A DNA stretch of 64,000 nucleotides from Toensbergia leucococca (GCA_022813965.1 JALDZS010000003.1:186001-250000), one strand, 5' to 3'; shown: positions 34,765 to 47,760, counted from the stretch's first letter. Notes: generated from the sequence alone by a model not told the origin. Translations and numbers: made by a program.

Positions 34765-37457
34765 ATGGCCGGTCTCGGCGAAGACGATGGATACTCCGAC
34801 GATGACCTTGATCATTTGCCACAAGACGCCTTCTACAAGCTCCAGCAAGATGCCTTTCAATCTACCCAGCAGCAGCCAGAAATCAACAAAAATTATTGGC
34901 CTACTATCTCAAGTCAGCCCGGAGAAATACTGAATGTCCGAGCAAGTGAAGCCTCGAGACAACTACCGCCTGGAGTGTCACCGTCACGTTATGCTGCCCC
35001 TCGGCAGCATCCCCAGCCCTCGTCCTCTGATTATGGCAATATTGATGAAGACATGCTTGATGGAGAAATTTATAATGCTGCAGATCAACCCGACCCCGCC
35101 TCAAGACAACTCGATACTGCTGCCCTGAGGTCCATTGGAGAGACTACGCAGAGGGAGCAGTTCATTCAACAGCGCCATGCTGTATCGGTACCTGCTCAAA
35201 CACACCAGCAGTCCCAGCATTTTCTAAAGCCCCGGGTGCCTGCCAATGTGGACCAGCGAATTAAGAATTGCTACAACGAATGCCTTGATTCTGCGTCACA
35301 AGAAATTCTGCTTCAGGACGAGGCACCCAAAAGACAAGACATTAGCTCCATTCCAAAGTCCTGCGATGTAAATGCTCTTGAAGCTCAAGTTCAAGAGGTA
35401 TGTCATCTTTAGAGTTTTGTAAGGTCTGGAACGCATGCTGAATGTCATCGTACAGCTACTTCGAGAACGCGAAGCACTTTACCACGCTGTGGAGTCAGCC
35501 AATGCCAACGCTTTGTCCAAGACTGGGGAGATTGCCATTGTCCGGGCAAATAGTGTCAAAACTACAAAGGAGTATGAAGCGAGGATGGTGGCGATGCAAA
35601 GAATGCATGCAGATGAAACGGCGCGACACAGGCTTGAGGTGGAACGTCAGAAGTTTGAAGCTGAGACGGCTCGAGTCGAGCAGGGCAAAATCGCAACTGA
35701 ATTGGCGTTTGATAAACGTGAACTTGCCAAGGAGAGCGAAGAGCGGAGGAATCTTGAGAAAATTGTCAAAGGTGGTGGTGCAAAAGCTACTTTGTTGAAG
35801 GGTCAAGGTCAAGGTAGTAATAGCCCCTTGACAACGCCGAAGAAAAATAAAGGATTATCATTTGGGGATGGCTTTTCTGACGACGAGGTTAATGCGGTTT
35901 CGCCATCGAAAATTGCATTGAGAACCAAGGTATCTACGCCCAAGGCAGGGGCAAAGCGGAAGCGGAAACCTTTGGAAGGCAGTCCTAGCCAAGCGTTGCA
36001 GCTCATCGAACCAATTACGGACGCATCGACAAACGAAGTCACTCAAGTAATTCAACCTAGCCTAGCAGAAATTATAGCTCAGGGCACTAGGCAGGAGGAT
36101 AAGAGATTTCAAGTATGACTTCCTCGACTCCAATCCCGGACAATTGACTTATACAAGATCTGTACCAGTTTACCCAAAACATCATGAATCATCGAATCAA
36201 GCACGATCAACGGCGATCGTTCGAGGCTTTGGCGGACTTTGCATTTCCTTCAAATCCAACTTGTGCACTCTCCACGATCATCCTCGACAAAATGTCTTTG
36301 CTCAGCGTCAAGAGAGATATTGAAGACTTTCCGGCAGCTCTTGGCCTGATAGTAATCTCATTGTGGGCACAATGTATAAACGAGACCTACGTAAGACTCG
36401 AGACTGGCTTGCCAAGTGAACACCCTACCATGCTAAATCGTCCCCAGTACCAACCGTTACGCCTCCTAATGGACCTAGTGAAATTCATCCTCCTACTAAG
36501 CCCTATTGGCACAGCCCCTCATCTTGTTGACAGTATCATTGCTCTCGTCCAGGTCACAGCCGATGTCAACGCCATTCCGCGCTTCAAGCGGAAACCAGTC
36601 ACCGAGCTAAAGCCCGAAATTGATACCAGCGAGTGTCTTCAGATTTTGCATCTCATAGCCTACGGCTGTCGGCGCGACAAGGAGGACACAGCGCGTTTCT
36701 GGCGCTGCATGCGATTTGACTTCTTACTGATGATATTAAATGTCACCCAACCACTTGAAGAGATCCATCTGATGCTGCAGATGCTCCGCACTAGCATTTT
36801 CGAGGAGTCTTTCGCTATGATCATCCCTCCTAGGGACGGCGATCAACGACAGTCCGAGAAACATGTTATCGACTCCCTCTCAGCACTGTTGATCGACATG
36901 CCCAAAGCGACAGCAGAAGAGAAGCCGTGCGATGTCACAGAAATCGCCGAATTGCGCCTCCAAGTCTTAGACTTGCTTGAAAGGATGTGTGAAACAAATC
37001 GTGGGGGCGAAGCTCTGGCAAAGAACCCCTTCACAATTGGTAAGCTAGTCCGCCTCATGAATGACGAGCTCGACGCTCTCTATGACTATCAGTACGGCTT
37101 CGAATACAAGTAAGCACGATTCTCCACCCCTTAGCTTAGCCCCCAAGTCAAGCCCATCTAATCCTCCACTCCCGAAAACCCAGAACAGAACTAGTCAACC
37201 AGTCCACCCGCCTCCTCTACCACCTGACCTCCACCTACGCCCCCCTCATCAACATGCAAGAAAAACTACGTATCGTCCCCGGCGGCACCCATAAACACCT
37301 CATCGTCCTGACGCGCTTAGCCTTTAGCGAGAGCGTATTTTACGAACGCGGCATCGAGGACGATGTGGTTGATTGTGCGCATCGGATGCTGGAGGATGTG
37401 GTGACGCCCGAGGAAGGGGAGGCGTTGCTGGAGGCGTTTTCGAGCGCGAGGAAATAG
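34765..37457 (+). CDS. Rad26/ATRIP (UvsD-like) DNA-damage checkpoint protein, multi-exon
   Basis: Acidic N-terminus (YSDDDLD, SSDYG), coiled coil K.GEIAIVR, TPKK..GDGF.DDE, and C-terminal LTRLAFSE..AHRMLE..VTPEEGE. Confidence 0.8.
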
Positions 37458-37913
37458 GGGGGATTTGGAGGGGAGATGTTGCTTGTGGTGCTGAGGAGGG
37501 AAGTTTAATTAGCATCAGTGTTAGAGGGAATTGCAGGGGGGTTGGGGTTGCGTTACGAGTATCATCAAGTTGAGTGCTTTCTTCATTGGGATGGGGACTT
37601 GGCGCTAGGGTATATAAAAGACATGTTGCATGTGGGCAGTATCTACCTGCCAACCCCAAAGCATATATAGAGGAGGCATTGCACAACGGGTCGAATGAAC
37701 AACTGGGCTGCACGAGAGATCATGAACAAGTCTCATCGTGCATGACAAACGGACTTGACATTGCATCCGATCCTCTCTACCTACCTACAAAGTCCTAGAC
37801 AAAACAGCACGGCTCATCAACAGGTATCTCGGCACAACGAAGATCACAACGCTCGAACCGCACAATCTCCCCCTCTCCTTCCAAAACCCCTACCCTTACG
37901 ACCACCAACAACA

Positions 37914-39953
37914 CTAGCTCAACCCCGCCAACAACCCGGCCAAGCCCCCCTTATCAAACTTGACATACTTCCCCTTCCCCTTATCAACCTCATGATACCG
38001 ATCCCAAAACCGCCCATACAGCGGCTCAATCATCGCCTGCACCTCCCGTGCAAGCTGACTCCTCACCTCCCTCTCCATGGCCAACCCGCGATGCCGCGCA
38101 CTCAGCTCCTCAAAGCTGCTATTGAAATTCTTGAACTTTTCCTTGATGGTATCCTTATCCTTGCCGCTGAGGCCCTTGATGACGGCGGCGGAATCGATGG
38201 CGGTGCCCGAGGGCGGGCGGGCTTGGCCGCGGTTGGTGTACTGGACGTCGAGGAGGGCGGAGCAGGGTTCGCGCCAGGAGTCGAGGTAGGCGGAGGTGCC
38301 TTTTTTGCGGAAGGAGTCGATTTTGGAGGGGGCGCCAGGGGAGGAGAGGAGGGTGCCCAGGTCTGAGGAGCGGATGAGGCGGTCCATTAGGACGACGTTG
38401 TTGGCGATGAAGACGCCGTGGAGGGGCTTGGGTTTTAGGAGGTGGGTTGCTTTTTGGGAGAGGGTTGTTAGATAGGTGTCCATGCTGTCGAGGATGTAGT
38501 GTGGGAGGAGGGAGGTTGTTGTTTCTGAGAGGGATGAGGGGGAGGGGTTGTTGTTGTTGGGGGTGATCCAGTTGCCGTCGCCGAGGGAGGCCAGGATGGA
38601 GGTTAGGGGCGTTTCGTAGTCTGGGAGGGTTTGGAGACGGGTCATTATTTCCGAGGTTAGAGGGATGGAGGCTGCGTCTTGGGGGAGGGAGAGTAGGGCT
38701 TGTACGCGACGGCGGATGTCTTCGATTAATTCCAGAAGAGAGGCTTTGGCTGTGTCGCGGATTGGTTTGAGAGCCTCAATCAAGGTGGATTTTAATTGGC
38801 CGGTTCTTGAGTCGAGTTGGGTGGAGAGGTTTGTGACTATGTCAATGATTTCGTAGGCAAGGAAACAATCTGTTGTTATGTTTGATTTGATGTGGGTATT
38901 CAGGTCTCGAAGGGTGCTTGAAAATTCTACGAGAGCTTTGCCGCTGGTGAGCTCGAAGGTGGTACCCCAGTCTTCGCGGGAGAAGATGGCGGAGATATTT
39001 TGATATTCTGCGAGGAAGATACCTTCGATGCCGCTGGCGTAGCTGCCAATACCATTGGTTCGGGAACGATAGATTTCATCGGGGCTCTTTTTCTTAGAGG
39101 TGTTTACCGAGGCTGTGGCAAGATTTTTGAGACTGTTGGTAAGATAGGGACCGCGGATCTCGATATATGCGCGGATAGTAGGGGAATCGCGTTGGTTGTA
39201 CGAGGCGACACGGATAGAGGATGTGGAAATGTAGCTGTCTATGGATCCGAGCTGTGAGACTGTCTCTTGCGGGATAGTAGGGAAAGGTAGTTCTGTTGAA
39301 TCGTCAGTAACTGGCGATGAGAGCAACGAAGCTTACCTACGCTTCGTTATGAAATGCAGAGGCTCTACCGGACGGGCATCTTGCTGGATGGAATTTCTGA
39401 AGGCAGTTTCTAATTTAGTGTTCCCAGAGCTCAGAAGTTCGTTCAAATCGCCGATTGCCTGTTGATTGACACGGAGGTTCGAGGCATTCATTTGAGAGAG
39501 AGCGCGCTCCACTCGCTTCAGAGAAGCAAGATAGTCTCCCAGTTCGGTCTTCTCTGGTCTTTGAGGCTTATCAGTACTGGGGATTTGAGACTTCTACGCT
39601 TCTGGCCGAGCTTACCCGGCGTTTATGATCTCCTCTTCACGGCCCTTTCCGTCCAGGGGCTTTTGCATGGTGTCAATGAAAGCAAGAATCTTATCCACAT
39701 CTGTGGGTGACTTGTCAGCAGATATGAAATAGACAAGTCAAGCTGCTCACGTACTACCGTTGACAACCTGTAAGCTCTGCGTATTACTGTAAATCGGCCC
39801 GATTGATTGCTTCACCACATTTCCACCGCTTTCCAGTCTCCCCAAAGATGCTGTAATTTTCTTTGCAACACTCTCGAACTTGGCAGCTTCGGCGAACAGC
39901 ACTTCCACCTCGGCGCTCTCCTCAGCCAACACGGGATTCCGAGCCTGGACCAT
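37914..39953 (-). CDS. EXO70: Exocyst subunit Exo70; conserved start at 39953, possible extension to 40669
   Basis: [50 protein letters not shown] and KGKYVKFDK. Confidence 0.93.
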
Positions 39954-40794
39954 TTCGATACTGTCGACGATAATAGATATGTTGTTGAGCAGATAAAATA
40001 GCAACTTAGAGAGTAGCTTGTGTGTAATTTTCGGGTGTATGATGTCGTTCTCTACAGCGATCAGTTCTGCCTCTGCGCCTAGCTTTTCCGTAGGGACTGG
40101 TATGGTACTCTCGTCTGCGAGCCTCAAGCACGCGATACGCTTCTCTACAGCGATCACTTCTGTGTCTGTGCCTAATGTCCCCGTAATTTCTGCCGAGGTG
40201 TTCTCGCTGTAGTCTTGGTTCTGTAGTCCCTTCGTACGGAAATCAATGTTGTCGAACCCGATAAAATCTGGGTCTTCGTTACAATCCTCAAGCTGACTGA
40301 ATTCTGCTTCAAATTCAGAGTCATCGAAGTCGGCTTTGGCATTAACGATCTTATTACTATCGGAGAAGCGCTTAGACTGTGGGGTTTCGGAATACACAGA
40401 AGAGCTTGGGCTAGTAGATCGTTCGTTGAAAGACTCAGGAATTGTATTAAGGCGGTTTTTTTTGATAGTCCTTGGTGGGCTCAGACTTCTGAGGAATTCC
40501 TGAAGTTCTTGTACACAATAGACAATCAGCTCAGGTCCAGATCAACAGCGAGACGAGAGTAAGGGGATCGATTACCAGGATTCGCGGCTATTCGGCGCGC
40601 GCGATAAATCGCGTCTATCCTTGCATTGGGTACTAGCGCCGGGAGCTCCCGTCGCGGCGGAAGCGTCATGCTTATGATGCTTGAGGCTTAGTCGATCACG
40701 TGGAAACTTGATGTAGAAACATGCAGTTGAAGACTGCAAGTCTGGATATCGTCGTCTTTACTTCTTACACTTTCTTGGGGTGAAAGGTAGTGCA

Positions 40795-43116
40795 ATGAGT
40801 CGACGGTTACTAACTAGAGTCGCCCACACGCATACTTCGCTTATATTCTTGGGATCTTGCGTGGTTGTAGGCGTTCACAACAAAAAGAGTCAACTGCGCA
40901 GTGACAGTGGCAGCAACACTCAATGGCCCCGGACCCAAGCTATCATTGCAGAAAAGAGACTATCTGGTAATTCTCATCAACACTCTACCGCGAACCTGGA
41001 TGGCACTACAACACCTCCCCCAAAAGAGGCAGCTCAGCCTCAACATGAGAAAGACGAGAATGAGGAAGAGGAAGAGGAAGACAGAGACGAGAGCATGGCA
41101 TGGGCGTCATTCTCTTCGCGCTTCGCTATCTTTCATTCCTCAATAGCTGCTCTTCAATGGTCGTCTATCGCTGATTTGATCACCAACCACATCATACCAG
41201 ACTGGGCCAAACTCCTGCCTGACTACATATTGAAATTACAACGCGAAATGGAAATGGGTCCCGGCTCCCTCGCCGAAGAGATTTGGGACGAGGCCCATGA
41301 TGTAGACATCAACCCCGAGATTGTATGGAACGCCAACGTAAGAATTGGTACCGAGTTGTGTGCGGAAGAACAGGAATTTAAAAAACGAAGGAAGCATTAT
41401 ACCACTCAAGCGCTAGCACAATATCTGGGCGTTCCTGAGGAGGAGGTACATCCAGATGATGTGCCCACAATAGCCATGTGCGGTTCTGGTGGTGGCTTGC
41501 GCGCACTGGTTGCCGGTACAGGCTCATATCTAAGTGCTCAGGAGGCTGGCCTTTTTGATTGCATAACATACACTGCAGGAGTCAGTGGGAGCTGCTGGCT
41601 GCAGACATTGTACTATTCCAGTCTCGCAGGTCGAAGACATAATAAGCTAGTAGAGCATTTGAAGAAACGCATTGGAGTCCACATAGCCTTTCCGCCTACA
41701 GCACTCGGTTTGCTCACTATGGCACCAACCAACAAGTTCTTACTTTCTGGATTTGTAGAGAAGTTGAAAGGCGATCCTACCTCACAGTTTGGCCTGGTTG
41801 ATGTGTACGGATTGCTTCTGGCCACACGACTCTTAGTACCCCGTGGTGACCTCTGTGTGGATGATCATGACCTCAAGCTTTCCAATCAGCGAGTCTACCT
41901 CGATAAAGGCGCAAACCCCCTCCCAATCTACACAGCCGTCAGACACGAAATTCCCCTAGACGAGAAATTATCCGACGACGAAAGGGCTAAAGGAGGCATC
42001 TCGGACGTCGCCAAAGAAAAAGCCAAGCAAGAATCCTGGTTTCAATGGTTCGAGTTCACCCCTTACGAGCTCTGGTGTGAGGAACTCAACGCCGGCATCC
42101 CAAGCTGGAGCATTGGCCGGCAATTCCGAAATGGCCGCAACGTTCCCCGCAAAGACGGCCTCAACATCCCAGAACTACGCATTCCCCTGCTAATGGGTAT
42201 CTGGGGTTCTGCCTTTTGCGCCACCCTATCACACTATTACAAAGAGATCCGTCCCCTAGTCCAAGGCCTCGCCGGCTTCGGTGACATTGACCAACTCATC
42301 GAAGAACAAAATGACGAATTAATAAAACTCCACCCCATCGTCCCCGCCTCCATTCCGAACTTTGCTCTGGGTCTAGAAGACCAACTCCCCACCACCTGCC
42401 CAAAAAGCATCTTCCGCTCCACCCATCTTCAACTAATGGACGCAGGTATGTCTAACAACCTCCCCATCTACCCTCTCCTCCGCGCTGGTCGTGATGTCGA
42501 CATCCTCATCATCTTCGATGCCTCCGCCGACATCAAATCCGAAAATTGGCTCTCCGTCGCCTCAGACTACGCCAAACAGCGCGGCATCAAAGGCTGGCCC
42601 CCCGGCGCCGGCTGGCCCAAGAAGGAAACCCCAAAGTCCGAAACAAGTCAAGATCTCAAAGTCACCCGGGCCGCCAGCCCGCAGGAAGCGGCTGGCAAAA
42701 TCGCTGACGCGAGGGAAGATCAGCGGAAGAAGCAAGAAGCCGCCGCACCCGACGCAAGCAGCACAGATCTTTCCTACTGCAACATCTGGGTCGGCACCAG
42801 CCCCGCTTCCAAACCTAGCCCCACAGAAGATACAAAACAGCTGCGCCTCTCCTCCCCCTCAGCTGGCCTGACACTAATCTACTTCCCCTTTCTGCCAAAT
42901 CCCAAAGTGGCGGGCGTCGACCCGGCCACCTCTGATTTCATGAGCACGTGGAATTTCGTGTACAGTCCTGAGGAAGTGGACAAGGTTGTTGAGCTGGCGA
43001 GGGCGAATTTTGGGGAGGGGGAGGAGAGGACGAGGGGGGCAGTTAGGGCGGTTTGGGAGAAGAAGAGGAGGGGGAGGGTGAGGAGGGAGGAGAGGGATAG
43101 GGAGGGGGTTTGGTAG
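40795..43116 (+). CDS. Cytosolic phospholipase A2 / lysophospholipase (PLA2_B family)
   Basis: GSGGGLRA, GVSGSCW nucleophile elbow, PLPIYTAV, WFEFTPYE, LMDAG and RDVD. Confidence 0.9.
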   Translation: MSRRLLTRVAHTHTSLIFLGSCVVVGVHNKKSQLRSDSGSNTQWPRTQAIIAEKRLSGNSHQHSTANLDGTTTPPPKEAAQPQHEKDENEEEEEEDRDESMAWASFSSRFAIFHSSIAALQWSSIADLITNHIIPDWAKLLPDYILKLQREMEMGPGSLAEEIWDEAHDVDINPEIVWNANVRIGTELCAEEQEFKKRRKHYTTQALAQYLGVPEEEVHPDDVPTIAMCGSGGGLRALVAGTGSYLSAQEAGLFDCITYTAGVSGSCWLQTLYYSSLAGRRHNKLVEHLKKRIGVHIAFPPTALGLLTMAPTNKFLLSGFVEKLKGDPTSQFGLVDVYGLLLATRLLVPRGDLCVDDHDLKLSNQRVYLDKGANPLPIYTAVRHEIPLDEKLSDDERAKGGISDVAKEKAKQESWFQWFEFTPYELWCEELNAGIPSWSIGRQFRNGRNVPRKDGLNIPELRIPLLMGIWGSAFCATLSHYYKEIRPLVQGLAGFGDIDQLIEEQNDELIKLHPIVPASIPNFALGLEDQLPTTCPKSIFRSTHLQLMDAGMSNNLPIYPLLRAGRDVDILIIFDASADIKSENWLSVASDYAKQRGIKGWPPGAGWPKKETPKSETSQDLKVTRAASPQEAAGKIADAREDQRKKQEAAAPDASSTDLSYCNIWVGTSPASKPSPTEDTKQLRLSSPSAGLTLIYFPFLPNPKVAGVDPATSDFMSTWNFVYSPEEVDKVVELARANFGEGEERTRGAVRAVWEKKRRGRVRREERDREGVW

Positions 43117-43916
43117 GGAAGGTTGGGTGGGGAGGGGGATTTGTTTTTGTGAGGGGAGGGGAGGCGGAGGGGGGGTGTTTATTGATTCCTGAATGCGTGG
43201 ATGCGTGGATTGATACCCCCTCTAGCATCAGTCTGTTGGTGCTTTTTGATTTCTGCATTCTGCATTTTGTACAAGCAAGCATCACACAGCATGCATGTGA
43301 CACCTAAATAATCAAGTTCAGAGCGAGGTAGGTAAGCTAAGCAGTTCACAGCAACGACTCCAACCATTCTTCCAATTTCTTTTCTTCCTTGATCAACTAA
43401 CTTTATTGCTGATGCTCTCCGATGTTGTCTTGATATTTTCCGCAATACAGAATCCACATGAATCCCCCCTTTTATTATTCATGCTATGATGCTGTTTACG
43501 CTGCTTCATACAAGGGCTTCAAAAAGCTGCTCTTTTTCCCTTTCTTTTTTATAAAATTTTGCAAAGATCACTACTTGTGCTGTTGATGAATTGTATTTAA
43601 CACAAAAATGGTGTGGTAGGCACAGGGTATTTGCAACAAATACCAATATTTTATTCAGTTAACCGGGGGGTTTTTTTTTCTCACAACGGGCGCTTTTTCT
43701 GGCCAAGTATGTTTTTGTTTCTTTTTTGAAAATATATTTCAGACTTGTGAGTTTTTTTGGTCAGCGGAACCTGAGGTGGTTCGGATGGTTTTTGTCACTG
43801 TGGGCACTTTTGCTCATTTCAGTAAACGTTCAGTGAAACAAATGGGGGTGATACGGGTCCGGAAGGACTTACTAGGTACATCAAGCTTGATTGACCTGTT
43901 TTGTGTGACATGGCAA

Positions 43917-44240
43917 TCACAATGATATCGCGAACTTCTTCTTGAAGTCCCGGACACGGACATGGGACCCTTCCTCAGCAATGAAAACTTTTCTCTCTAG
44001 AAGGCATCCCCCGCGGCTGCATTGGCAGGTGCATGCACCTGGAGGACGTAGGAAAAAGTGACCAAGGATTGCGCCAGTTGGTGAAGCTATGATAACGGCA
44101 GTACACGCATTGAGGTCCTCGGTGCCTAAACCCTTGCCTGTCTTGCTAGAAACCAGAAACTCAAACAGATAAAGAGAATTACCACCAGAATTTGCACTGT
44201 GAGCGGCTCTTCGACTTACCTCAGCTAACAATTCTGTCAC
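43917..44240 (-). pseudogene. Truncated fragment with a CNF1/CheD/YfiH-like Cys..His motif
   Basis: LGTEDLNACTAVIIASPTGAILGH; frame degenerates right after; no ATG-led full ORF. Confidence 0.4.
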
Positions 44241-45721
44241 CGTATATATGATGCTCTGATTAGTCGCTTGTGTATGCTCGCATTCGGTTTGAGAATTCTA
44301 GTGGATATCTCCACTTTCGTTTTTGGGCGATGCTTTGCTCGTAAGCGTGTTGAGAGTGATGGCACTACTCCGTAGAGGTGCGAAGCCGAGCTGAAGATTT
44401 GAAGATGAGTACACTGGACAAGTGAACGATCTCTTGGATCCAAAGACTAGCATATTAGTCTGCGTGTTGACAATACAATGTTGGAAGATAAGACAGATAT
44501 TTGAATAGGGAACCAGGGCCTTGTCTGAGATCATTTTGTATGATCTTCAACAAGATCAGAGGGCCATAACTGATTCTCTGACTTGTCCGCCACTCATTTC
44601 AATCATTTATTGAATTCTTCTTCATGAGATTGAGGTACCGTCATTCAATTTTTGAAGACTCACATCTTGCATTCTGATGGTGGTGGTGACTCAACTGATT
44701 ATCAGGTTCTACAAACTGAATGGTTACTTCAGAGAAGCTTTCTTCCATTCCGCGGAGCTTGCACATTGCTGTTAACGTCCAGCTCGACGTTAGTATGGAT
44801 CCAAGAGTTGACAACAGTCGAAGACAGCAGAAGCTGATACATTGTTTATTTGTTTAGCTTCTGTGCTTGAATTGATTGTGGGAGCAAATAGATCGCTATT
44901 ATACGCTTCGCTTCGGCAGGTAAGTTCATTTCTTCAGTACTCCGGAGGTCAGGTGAGCAACACCCCTGTTTCTACCTTCCGGGTTTTAGCTCTTACCTGC
45001 TGACCTACTTCCTGCTATTGATACCGGGGGAATATGTGGTAAGGCAGGCGGGTCTAGTAGGCGCCGCGATGGTGAGAGTAGTGACATTGTCATGATTGAC
45101 CATTGAGTGAACTGAATGGCGCTCATGATGAATATGATCAAGGGTAGCATCCGATTCCGATGAAATCACTGCATGCACGGCATTGATCATTGTCGGGAGG
45201 TTCACCTTAAAAACACCCTTTCAACGCTATTAAAATTGTATGAATAATGATTCTTTCTTCAGGCTTGTCCTTGGTCCTGATGCGGCAGAAGGTTGTGAAC
45301 TTGATAACATTTTTGTATTCAGAGTCTTCTTCTTTTTCATCTTTGGATCTTCAGCAGGGGTATGGCTTGCGGTTCGTTTTCCTTTCTTCAGGTATGATTC
45401 TGCTAAGTCAAGATTTTATACTCACTCTTCCTCTGTCAGAGCAAGGGCTGGATACAATTACTAAATGAATTAGCAATACTTCACCAATTTATTTGTACCA
45501 ATGCTCACTTTTCTCTTCGCGCTTGATTGATTCTTTCATCTTCCCAGCCGCTATTGGCACTGCTGGTGGCTTATGTGTTTTCAAATGCGCTCTGTGATCT
45601 TCATTTCGAATGTCCACGAATTCAAATCTGTACACCCTAAGTCATGCGAAGCTAATACCTTCTCCTCAATCCTCATCTTTCTGTGAATCATCATCTTCAT
45701 CACTCAGTTCACCGCTATGGC

Positions 45722-45967
45722 CTATGGTGGCTCGCTCATCAATCCGATTTGGGATGAACGGAACACGAGAATGGCTTCGTGCAGCAAATCTTCACGAATT
45801 TGGGTACGCAAAACATTGCCGATAACGAGAGACTCGGCGTTGTAAAAAGCATGATAATAGGAAGAGCATATCATAACGAGCGATATGACTGACAGCACAT
45901 CTGAAAGAGCGAACAGAATAGCCTGCTTGATTTCAAGGAGAAGTGAAAAACGACCTTGGTCAGACAT
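45722..45967 (-). pseudogene. N-terminal F-box-like fragment of a fungal hypothetical protein
   Basis: LLEIKQAILFALSDV.S..SLV..CSSYYHAF...E..V...VL pattern; ends after 81 codons. Confidence 0.45.
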
Positions 45968-46156
45968 TGCAACGATCAGGTATTACTATTGAGGGTTGAG
46001 GGGAAACTTAAGGAGTAATAAGTTCATCATCCCTCAATTCACCACCCTCGTCTATCACTTTATGTACTTGCATGTAAATAGCGGCTGCAACCATACTGCT
46101 AACCTCATCTTTGACTGTCTCAACAGGCTCCTTTTCGGTCTGGGTAGATAGTGCTT

Positions 46157-47760
46157 CTACTGTGCTTTCAGCAAGTGCTCGTACTCGTAGCTCACCTCAT
46201 TCATGAACCCTTTGATCATCCGTTCCTGAAGATATGTTTCAGCGCTTGGCCATGCCGACCTGCCCAATTCCGTCGTCAGACTTTGATTCCGAAGATGCTG
46301 TTGAGATAGCAGGACCTGTCTTACGGAGATGCCAAAGAAGCTATGTGAAAACATCTGATGTGCCTGTATAGGGGAACAGATCTTGTGCCGTGGCGTATAC
46401 GTTGTCTTTATTGGAGAATGGGCAGCGAAGATTCCCTGAAGACTGGCATTTGCTGTTCTGTCAGATTCGGATGAAGTGTCGTCGTCATCTGCTAAGGCCG
46501 CCTCCTCAGCTTCATCATCACTGTCCTCATTATCACTATCATCGTCGCGAGCGACATTCCCTGCCTCTGAATCAACGTCATCTTCTTTCATACTCCCTTC
46601 ATCTTTATTGGACGAGTCAACATCGCCAGCGTTCTTCAGGGTAGATGACTTGTCCCTGGAAGCCGTTGCCTTTTGTTCAGCGGGGTGAGTATCTAACTCA
46701 TCGGTTATGTTGACTGTAAGCCTGATTTTGTTTACATGCCAAGCTGTCTTGAATCACGATATTCAAGGTGTATCTGATGTTGCAACACATGAGTGTCTTG
46801 AACTTCACTCGTTGTCTTCTCATCATATTGCCTGACACCATCATGTCACTTATGTCCGCTAGGAACAGATTGACTCCATCGCGACGTCTCTTCCTTTAGC
46901 TCTTCAAGCTGCGACCTTACATCCTTGCCATTCCCTAATGTTCCTCAGTCCGGTAAATCTTACAGCAGCTGCTTCAGCAAATTAGAACACCATGATCAAG
47001 CTTGTCTCATTTTTGAGGACTTCATTCTCACGCTCTGAGAGAATGTCAGAAAGAGTGCAGTCGTGTAATGGCTCATTGCGGCAGATGATTATACAACGGC
47101 GTGAAGGTAGGTAATGAAGTTCATTTTGACATAACTTCTCAGTCAGATATTTTTTCAATTCTCCTTTTTCGACTCTCAAAAGTCTTGACTGACTCTGACA
47201 TGTGCCGCACAATTGAACAGCACGATTTCAAGGTCAACAATCAAGGGAACCGGCTCAATGTGCTATCATCCAAGCATTCTAAATCTTTTCACAAGCTTTT
47301 GAGGGAGAGAAATTTCCTGGATCATTTATCGTCGTCAACAAGAAAGGTCGGCCTTACTTTGAATGACGATGATTCCGGACACTCTTTCTCAAGCGATGAG
47401 ACCTTTATCATCAGTATGCGGCAGGATCAATGATTTGATGAGTACAATGGTGTCATGATAGGAAAAATCCTGCTTCCCAATCAGCAACTTTTTGTTCTGA
47501 CCAGAAGATCCTCAAATAATCTCAGATTGTATGTCCTCAACTGTGACTGAGGGGCTGTAGACAATGCGAATCCGTCTCAATAAAAGCCTTGCATGCTATG
47601 TCAACGCCACTCTGTGTCATTGTAGTTGCTACAAGAATTGAGACATTGCGAAGCTGAGAATTGAGTTGGTGACACACACAAAGGTGCTTTTCAGGATATC
47701 GGAGGTCATCAGCATTCTCAGAGAAGGGTTTCACCGACCTTTCTGCTTCTCTTGAGGAGA
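46157..47760 (-). pseudogene. Hypermutated (C->T) coding remnant of unknown family with an acidic segment
   Basis: One register at about 47040-47460 reads protein-like but carries many TGA/TAA/TAG stops; D/E-rich ORF at 46157-46591. Confidence 0.5.
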
